The translations under genes and the position numbers were made by a program. From a virus (taxonomy: Duplodnaviria > Caudoviricetes), in IMG/VR virus record IMGVR_UViG_3300037307_000611, positions 1 to 33,252 of that record: a stretch of 33,252 nucleotides of DNA. One strand, 5' to 3'. This document shows positions 27,239-33,252 of the stretch, piece after piece. Under the pieces are notes generated by a model, which was given only the letters and a program-made list of their open reading frames with translations, ran no database searches and was not told the DNA's origin. The stretch's first letter is position 1; each line of letters begins with the position of its first letter.

Positions 27239-28189
27239 ATGAGCATTGAGCGGTGGGGAGCCTTTTCGGTCGTAGACCACAAGGACGCACGGAAGTTAGC
27301 AGCCGAAGTGCTCCTCTACGATCGGCTAGTTCTGCCGACGCCCCCGGAGTGGGATCGGGAGCGTTGGGTCGAGAAGAAATGGGATCCAGAGGGACTCGAA
27401 CGACGAATAGCGCAACTCGGAGATGTGGCGATACCAGCCACTTGGGACCTTGACCGTCAGAAGGAATGGCAAGAGAAATTCCACAGTTTACGAGAGGACG
27501 CGCAGGACATGAACTCTGCGCTCCACATGACCCGCCGGGTGCTGGCCGAGCACGGCCGTGACTACCGCCCTCCTGGGGTCGGGGCAGTGGAGGTCATCGC
27601 AGCATATCAGTCTGAAGCAGACTTCGTAGATCTCGATCCGGGAAGTCCGCAGCGATCGAAGGAGTCAGAACTGGACTTCCTAATTGCTCGACGTCTAACC
27701 ATTCCGGAGAACGAGGACCCGGAATATGCTCTCGAGCGCGCGCTGGAACTGCGAGGTGATGCTACATTCAACAAACGGCGCAGACGATTTTACGAGTGGG
27801 AACGCAGGATTCTGTCAACCGGCTTCTTGCCCGAGGACGCCGCTGATGAGCTAGTCCAATTAGTATCCGAGTACAACGATGCCGTTCGAAAGTCCATGGG
27901 CTCTTTTCGCGTCGAAACAGCAATGCTTGTCGGAGGTCTCTCATTTGCCGCACTGGCAGCCGTTGCTGGCCTCGCACCCGAACTCTTCGCCGGTATCGGA
28001 ATCGGAACACTCAAGGGAGTACAAGTCGTCTCCTTTGGCAACGCGGCAGCTGGTGCAATCCTACAGATTGCGCGTCATGTTCGTAGTTATAAGGCGCCAG
28101 ACGCTAAAGCAGGGGACTTCTCAGGGGCGATGTTTCATCAGATCGAAGACGAACTTGGTTGGCGTCTGCGCGCTGACCCCATTAGGTAG
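27239..28189 (+). CDS. Hypothetical protein (316 aa) with C-terminal hydrophobic segment
   Basis: AAGGAGG RBS; lies between two attC-like sites; no family recognised. Confidence 0.75.
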   Translation: MSIERWGAFSVVDHKDARKLAAEVLLYDRLVLPTPPEWDRERWVEKKWDPEGLERRIAQLGDVAIPATWDLDRQKEWQEKFHSLREDAQDMNSALHMTRRVLAEHGRDYRPPGVGAVEVIAAYQSEADFVDLDPGSPQRSKESELDFLIARRLTIPENEDPEYALERALELRGDATFNKRRRRFYEWERRILSTGFLPEDAADELVQLVSEYNDAVRKSMGSFRVETAMLVGGLSFAALAAVAGLAPELFAGIGIGTLKGVQVVSFGNAAAGAILQIARHVRSYKAPDAKAGDFSGAMFHQIEDELGWRLRADPIR

Positions 28190-28211
28190 GCAGTAGATCG
28201 GAATGTAGGCC

Positions 28212-28289
28212 GCCCAACAACCCAACAACGGTGTCAACTGACATGCTGCGCTCGCGCCTGATCCGCGTGCCACTTACGCCGGACATTTT
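28212..28289 (+). mobile_element. Degenerate attC-like site
   Basis: GCCCAAC and ACCCAAC (RYYYAAC, tandem); CGGTGTCAACTG/CACTTACGCCG arms with one extra base; right GTT core lost. Confidence 0.6.
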
Positions 28290-28354
28290 AATACTTGTAA
28301 TTTAGCCGGAAAAAGCAATCCTGTGATCCGTAGCATTTGCCGGCGCATCTTTAG

Positions 28355-28379
28355 AAAATGGGGGCCTTTCGGCCCCCAT
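28355..28379 (-). terminator. Intrinsic terminator for the - strand arm
   Basis: On the - strand ATGGGGGCC-GAAA-GGCCCCCAT-TTT, directly after the stop at 28382. Confidence 0.75.
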
Positions 28380-28381
28380 CC

Positions 28382-28960
28382 CTATGCAAATTGCTTCTTC
28401 AGGGCGGCCACGATGTCATCCCAGCGAGACTTGTCAAAGGCGGCCAGGCCCAGCTGGCCGAGCACCAGGCCGATGCGCTGCTTGGCAGCCTCGTCGTCGT
28501 CCTGGGTGTGCTGCTTGACCCACTCGATCATCGCCTTGGTGGTCTGACCTGCCGGCTTCCCATACGGGTCATCCGCCTTCCTGGTCGCTTTCACTGTGAC
28601 GCCATCCGGGAGCGCCCATTGCGGCAGGACAGGCTTCTCTTTGAGCACGACCGACTTGCCGCGCTGCTCGCAGGCCACCCAGGGCGTATCCAGGCGATAT
28701 AAATAGCGGCCTATTCCCCACTTGACCCCGGCGCGCTTGAATCTGTCCGACAGGCCGCCCTTGATGCCTTCGAAGTCGGTGTTGTCGGCGCCGCCCCATT
28801 TTTGCACCCATTCGCCGTTGATCAGGATGCTGATGCCGCAGATTGTGCCGCCGTTCGGGCCGGCGGCGAACTCGTCCCGCCAGTTGCGCGGGCCGACGAC
28901 GTCGTCCAGCCGGTCCATCACCGCCCGGGCTTCGATGTAGGCCAGGGCCTGGGCGTGCTC
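28382..28960 (-). pseudogene. 5'-truncated Rad52/Rad22-family paralogue
   Basis: Homology to 29889-30590 extends up to QALAYIEARAVMDRLDDVVGP, then unrelated sequence and an in-frame TAA; N-terminal APFP..VEWR segment absent. Confidence 0.65.
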
Positions 28961-29042
28961 TCCAGCACAATTACTTAGGCACGTAAGAGCTTATCAACGT
29001 ACCGATCGGTCGTCTTGACGACCAGGATCTGTGTTGTTTGCT

Positions 29043-29525
29043 TCATTTCTTCCTCACTAAGTTGTCTATCTGATAAGAGATGGTACGATGATCTTTCAGC
29101 AAGAACAGTTTGTGGTGGTCAACCACGATCCACGGGCCGGTGACGGGAACCGGCGCCTGGGGATTGGCCGCTATGTTGTCGATCCACACCTCTTCCCCCG
29201 GCTCGAGGTCCAGCCACGCTACTGGCTCATAAATATCGTAAATGCGGCTGTTGTCATATCCGATCTCGATCCAGTAGGCAGGCTGGCCGCAGACAAACAT
29301 CTTGTTCCTGTCGGCTCGCCGCTCCCAATTCTTCCATTCCGTGGGGTTCTGCGGCCCGTCGAGCTTGATGCGGATCGTGCCTGGGTTTCGCACGATCTCC
29401 CCCAGCAGGCGGCAGATCTCCTCAATGTCTATGTTCAGGAGAAAGCGGTCGCGCCCCTTGAGGGTCTTGAGGATCTCCACCCGGCCGCCCCCGAACAGCT
29501 CCATGAGCTCATCTCTTGTCATCAC
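29043..29525 (-). CDS. Hypothetical protein (~160 aa)
   Basis: Overlaps the upstream gene's stop; co-oriented with the early arm. Confidence 0.6.
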   Translation of the reverse strand: MMTRDELMELFGGGRVEILKTLKGRDRFLLNIDIEEICRLLGEIVRNPGTIRIKLDGPQNPTEWKNWERRADRNKMFVCGQPAYWIEIGYDNSRIYDIYEPVAWLDLEPGEEVWIDNIAANPQAPVPVTGPWIVVDHHKLFLLKDHRTISYQIDNLVRKK

Positions 29526-29835
29526 TGTGTCTTATCATCCAATCGTCACGGGAGCGGAAGATGGTCTCCCAGCTAACGCCAAACTCACAATCATGGTCAT
29601 CGAGGACATTCCTCAAGATCTCGATGGCAGCCTGGCGAGAAACAATCTCGATCTCGTTGTTATCCTCATCCTGCTCGTACATTACGTCTGCAACACACCA
29701 GACCAGGGCGATCTTATCCTCCCAGTACTGCTGGAGGGCCTTGGAGGCGGCCGCAACAGCGTCTTCGTATGCATCTATGCCGCGGATGGCGTCTACGGCC
29801 TTCTGAGCCATGTCGTCGATATGAAATTGATACAT
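29509..29835 (-). CDS. Acidic hypothetical protein (108 aa)
   Basis: GAGGAG RBS, co-oriented, phage-like codon usage. Confidence 0.65.
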   Translation of the reverse strand: MYQFHIDDMAQKAVDAIRGIDAYEDAVAAASKALQQYWEDKIALVWCVADVMYEQDEDNNEIEIVSRQAAIEILRNVLDDHDCEFGVSWETIFRSRDDWMIRHSDDKR

Positions 29836-29868
29836 CCAATTCTCCTCGGGGCGGGTTTCCCCGCCCCC

Positions 29869-29888
29869 ATCTTCCGATCTCGGAACTT
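29869..29888. repeat. Dispersed palindrome copy 9: ATCTTCCGA-TC-TCGGAACTT
   Basis: Intergenic, abutting the Rad52-like stop and a GC hairpin (29848-29867). Confidence 0.75.
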
Positions 29889-30590
29889 CTACTCAGTTGG
29901 AGGCGTGTAGCTGCCGCAGGCGACAACCATCTCGTCCCACTTTTCGACGTCAAACTTCGTCATGCCGGCGGCCTTCAGCGCCGCCCCTATGTGCTTCTTG
30001 GCGAGCTCCGGGTCGGTGACGTTGAAGTGGGTCTTAGCCCACTCGACGAAATCGGCTGCGGTGTGGGCGGCCTCTTTCTTGGTCTCGGCCTTCTTGGCGG
30101 GCTTCTTCTGGACATAGCCCTCCGGCAGGGCCCAGGCGGGCAGGTCGGGGGTCTCTTTCAGGTAGACCGCCTTGCCCTTGGCTTCGCAGGCCACCCACAC
30201 GTTGGGCAGCTTGTACAGGTAGCGGCCGATGCCCCACTGGTAGCCGGCCCGCTTCATGCTGTCGGACAAGCCGCCCTTGACGCTCTCGAAGTCCGTGTTT
30301 TCGGCGCCGTCAAATTTTGTGACCCAACCGATCTCGGGCCCAAAGTAGACGGAGATGCCGCACAGCACACCGCCGCCGGGGCCGGACGTGAACTCGTTGC
30401 GCCAGCCCCACGGTCCGACCACGTCGTCCAGGCGCTGCTGGATGGCGCGGTTGGAGATGTAAGCCAGCGCCAGGCCGCGGGTCTTGTCCTGGTTGGTGCT
30501 GCCAACCCGCCATTCAACGTCATCGGGCGGGAACGGTGCCGCCAAGGCGGCGGCGATTGCCTTCAGTTCTTTCTCTTGATCTTCAGTCAT
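29889..30590 (-). CDS. Rad52/Rad22-family single-strand annealing protein (Sak-like)
   Basis: LAAPFPPDDVEWR, LAYISNRAIQQRLDDVVGP..W, KGGLSDSMKRAGYQWGIGRYLY; GGAGG RBS before ATG 30590. Confidence 0.9.
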   Translation of the reverse strand: MTEDQEKELKAIAAALAAPFPPDDVEWRVGSTNQDKTRGLALAYISNRAIQQRLDDVVGPWGWRNEFTSGPGGGVLCGISVYFGPEIGWVTKFDGAENTDFESVKGGLSDSMKRAGYQWGIGRYLYKLPNVWVACEAKGKAVYLKETPDLPAWALPEGYVQKKPAKKAETKKEAAHTAADFVEWAKTHFNVTDPELAKKHIGAALKAAGMTKFDVEKWDEMVVACGSYTPPTE

Positions 30591-30656
30591 TGTCAACCTC
30601 CTAAGTTGATTTCGCTAACGCGTTATTCCCAATCCATAAGCTGCTGCAGGCGTCGT

Positions 30657-31430
30657 TTACTCCTGCCTGAACGGGCATTCATGAGCACAGTAGCGGCATT
30701 CCCAGCCGGGTTCACCCTGCGGGGCGACGCCGGTCTTTAGGGCTTCCTTGAGCACAATCTTCCGATCTCGGAAGTAGCTATCCATGAAGGCTTCGGTCTC
30801 CGGAATGACTTCGATGGTTTTGACGCCGAAGTTGGGGTTGCGCGGCTGCGAGCCTCACCTGGGGCAGGCCATCTCGCCAAAGACGCCGACCTCCACCGGC
30901 AGCTTGCACTTACTGCACTCGGTCGGGCCGAACTTGGAGATGTAGACCATCAGGATGCGCTTCACCTCGTGGCCTAATTTCTTGAGCATGAAAGCATACA
31001 CGTTCTGCTGCATGGCGTGCTCGCCGTAGGGCAGCAGGTCCTCGTAGATCTTCTTGGTGGTCTTGTAGTCCCGCAGGATGCCGTCCTCGAACAGGTCGAC
31101 CCGGCCGACAACCCCATCCCACTCGATGGAGATCTCGCCGTGGTCGCCGTTGCCCTGCTCTAAGAAGTCGTGCATGGCCAGGCCGTAGAACTTGTTGAGC
31201 ATCTCGTGCGGGGCCTCGATGACCGGCCGGGTCTTGTTCAGGTAGGCGCGGCGCGGGCAATGGACGATGTCTGAGACGTGGATCCCCGGCCTGTCCTGGT
31301 CCATCGTCTTGTACATCTTGCGCAGGAAGGAGTGCTCGAGACCGCAGGGCGGGAGGACGTTTTTTTTGGCGCAGGCCAGGCACTCCCCGGCTTCCAGCGC
31401 GCCCTTACCGACGGAGCATCTAATCTTCAT
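30657..31430 (-). CDS. Cas4-like PD-(D/E)XK nuclease with in-frame TGA at 30855-30857 (257 aa if read through; may be a pseudogene)
   Basis: IHVSDIVHCPRR, GLAMH, GRVD...DYKT, QQNVY; after the TGA the frame continues 65 codons ending WECRYCAHECPFRQE. Confidence 0.8.
30757..30776. repeat. Dispersed palindrome copy 10: ATCTTCCGA-TC-TCGGAAGTA
   Basis: Within the post-TGA part of the Cas4-like gene (YFRDRK). Confidence 0.8.
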
Positions 31431-31731
31431 CGTCGCCTCGCGGCACGGCCGTCCTGGCGACATCGCGCACGTAGCCGAAGAACGGGAAGCGCCCCTGGAA
31501 GATGAAGCTGTGCGAGATCAGGTCGCGCTTGTGGTTCTTGATATACACCGTCAGGATCGCCTGCCCGGCCTTGACCGTCCAGTCAAAGACCTGGTTGTAG
31601 ACCGGGTAGATGCTGTTCCCGGCCGAGTTGAACTCGATGCTTTCCAGCTTCATCAGGAACATGTTCTTGTAGCGCCACATGAACTTCTCGAATGCCGCCA
31701 CGGTCTTACCGTCGATTGCAAAACTAATCAT
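31420..31731 (-). CDS. Hypothetical protein (103 aa)
   Basis: Overlaps both the helicase stop and the nuclease start. Confidence 0.6.
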   Translation of the reverse strand: MISFAIDGKTVAAFEKFMWRYKNMFLMKLESIEFNSAGNSIYPVYNQVFDWTVKAGQAILTVYIKNHKRDLISHSFIFQGRFPFFGYVRDVARTAVPRGDDED

Positions 31732-33070
31732 TCACTTCCTCCAACGTCCGGTATGTATTTCTGTCCTTTATGAACAGCACTTCTTTCGTAGTCGCCAGCG
31801 GGCCGTTGCGGTTCTTGGCAACGATAAAGCGCATGGGCACCGCCTTGTTGACGATCGCGCCGCCGCCCAGGCGGTTCTCAGGATAAGCCGCCAGCTGGGC
31901 CGAGCTGGGGTTCGACCATACCGGCCGCACGAAGATGACCACGGTCGCATCTTGCTCGAGACTTCCGCTCTCCCTCAAGTCGGCCAGCATAGGCTCAGCG
32001 TCCTTGCCGCGATGCTCGATGTTCCTCGACATCTGGCAGGCGACCAGGGTCGGGATCTTGTAACCCAGCGAGATCGAGCGGATGGCGTTAGACGACACGG
32101 TGACATCCTCGCGGATCTCCTTGCGGCCGTTGCTCATCAGCTGGACGTAGTCGATCCCCAGCAGCCGGATGCCCTTTTGGGCGATGTACTTGCGGGCCGT
32201 GGCAACGACCTGGCGGCCGGAGGGGGAGGCCATCGTCTCGACGTGGAAAGGAGCGGTCGACCAGCCGTCTACGGCGCGATTTACCGCCTCGATCTGAGCG
32301 TCGGTCAGGTTGCCCTCTTTGAGAACCATCTTGGAAACCCCCGAGGTCATCGAGATCAGGTTACGGGCGATCTCGATCTCGTCGTTCTCCATATTGATCA
32401 GCAGGACGGGGAGGTTGTCATCCCAGGCCGCCATGCCCAGCTCATAGCGCAGGACTGAGGACTTGCCGTCCCCAGGACGACCTGCGATGATGATATGATC
32501 GGTCTCCTCGAACCACCCGACCTCGCGGCGCAGGGCCTGGATCTTAGGCGTCCAGCCTGGTACAAACGTGCCTTCCAATTGTCGCTGGCGGCGTTGGGAC
32601 AGCATGGTCATCAGGTCCCCAGCGGTCAGCCCCTGGCGCCCTTTGCTGCGGCGCAGCTGGATCACCCGTGTCTCGGCGTTGTCCAGCGCCTCCTGGGCCG
32701 AGATGTTCTCGTCCATGGCTTCGGCCCGGATCAGGGCGGCTGCATCCCGCAGGTTGCGCTTGACCGACGCCTGGATGACCCGGTCGACGTACTCCGGCAT
32801 CTCCTCGCCGCGGTAGTTCAGCAGCTCGGCGATGTACGCCTCGCCCTTGCTGGTGTCGACAAACCCCAGGGAGCTGAGCATCTTCCGATCTCGTAAGATC
32901 TCAATCAGAGCCCGCGGGCCAAGATTGCCGTTGCGGTGCAGGATGATCATCTCGGCCCAGATCTGCTGGTGACAGCCAGTCAAATCTTGGGGCATGACGT
33001 CGGCGGCGTCTTCCATCTTGGCGGGATCGGCTAAGGCCGTGCCGATCAGGGCCTTCTCCCACCCGCTCAT
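31724..33070 (-). CDS. dnaB: DnaB-like replicative helicase
   Basis: GRPGDGKSS, NMEND, IDYVQLM, CQMSR, PMLADLRESGSLEQDA, VAKNRNGP. Confidence 0.93.
   Translation of the reverse strand: MSGWEKALIGTALADPAKMEDAADVMPQDLTGCHQQIWAEMIILHRNGNLGPRALIEILRDRKMLSSLGFVDTSKGEAYIAELLNYRGEEMPEYVDRVIQASVKRNLRDAAALIRAEAMDENISAQEALDNAETRVIQLRRSKGRQGLTAGDLMTMLSQRRQRQLEGTFVPGWTPKIQALRREVGWFEETDHIIIAGRPGDGKSSVLRYELGMAAWDDNLPVLLINMENDEIEIARNLISMTSGVSKMVLKEGNLTDAQIEAVNRAVDGWSTAPFHVETMASPSGRQVVATARKYIAQKGIRLLGIDYVQLMSNGRKEIREDVTVSSNAIRSISLGYKIPTLVACQMSRNIEHRGKDAEPMLADLRESGSLEQDATVVIFVRPVWSNPSSAQLAAYPENRLGGGAIVNKAVPMRFIVAKNRNGPLATTKEVLFIKDRNTYRTLEEVND
32880..32899. repeat. Dispersed palindrome copy 11: ATCTTCCGA-TC-TCGTAAGAT
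   Basis: Intragenic in the helicase gene (ILRDRKM on the - strand). Confidence 0.8.
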
Positions 33071-33252
33071 GATCCCCTCAGCATACTGGCGACGCGGCGC
33101 AGGAAGGGGACGCGCAAGGCCTCGGCCTGGCGGGCCTGCGGGTCATTCGGCAGGCTCAGGGCGTTGACCACGACCTTCTCGCGCATGCGGTTGCGCAGCA
33201 TCTCGACCTGGCCATCGTCGAGCTCGGCTGCCAGCAGGCGGCGGTCACCCAG
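33067..33252 (-). CDS. 3' end of a gene running in from the window edge
   Basis: Open frame LGDRRLLAAEL...ASMLRGS* whose TGA overlaps the helicase ATG (ATGA). Confidence 0.6.
   Translation of the reverse strand: MGDRRLLAAELDDGQVEMLRNRMREKVVVNALSLPNDPQARQAEALRVPFLRRVASMLRGS

Noticed and set aside
28990-29025. Short palindromes ACCGATCGGT and GGTCGTC-TT-GACGACC near the Rad52 truncation, as IS ends or an intron
   Set aside because: No transposase, target duplication or matching 5' exon found; too short to interpret.
29769-30740. 323-aa + strand ORF and other long antisense ORFs in the track
   Set aside because: Mirror frames of GC-rich genes on the opposite strand, with no motifs.
30657-31430. 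Cas4-like gene as evidence of a CRISPR-Cas system
   Set aside because: No cas1/cas2 or array; standalone Cas4-like exonucleases beside annealing proteins are standard phage recombination modules.
18472-32899. Four palindrome copies contain TCTTCCGATCT, the 3' end of Illumina adapters (GCTCTTCCGATCT)
   Set aside because: They are preceded by CA or AA rather than GC, have a symmetric right arm and keep reading frames intact, and other copies have different spacers. Contamination is unlikely, though raw reads should be checked.
479-32899. Palindrome as a CRISPR repeat, canonical parS or Gram-positive-type LexA box
   Set aside because: Copies are kilobases apart with no spacer array, and the sequence does not match TGTTTCACGTGAAACA or GAAC-N4-GTTC.

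Overview
A GC-rich tailed-phage or prophage segment with siphovirus-like gene order. The + strand arm (1-25.7 kb) encodes terminase large subunit, portal, metallophosphoesterase, head-fiber-like protein, scaffold, N4-gp56-type major capsid, head-tail proteins, tail tube, a tail chaperone with a CCCAAAA -1 frameshift, a 2636-aa tape-measure-position protein, tail tip, tail fiber and a holin-like protein. The convergent - strand arm (28.4-33.2 kb) encodes a DnaB-like helicase, a Cas4-like nuclease, a Rad52/Sak-like annealing protein and a truncated paralogue of it. Between the arms is an apparently foreign 2.5-kb block: a T4-gp19-like tube gene, a UDG-family gene and a hypothetical gene, the last two each followed by a decayed attC-like site. 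Most notable: (1) the tape-measure protein has an N-terminal ~1000 aa with sigma70 region-2-like and region-4-like motifs plus an HExxH metallopeptidase; (2) a 20-bp palindrome ATCTTCYGA-NN-TCRGAAGAT occurs at least 11 times across both arms, mostly inside genes; (3) an in-frame TGA sits at a Cys position in the Cas4-like gene; (4) short AT-rich synonymous patches occur in conserved capsid motifs. All family calls come from visual motif recognition; no searches were run.
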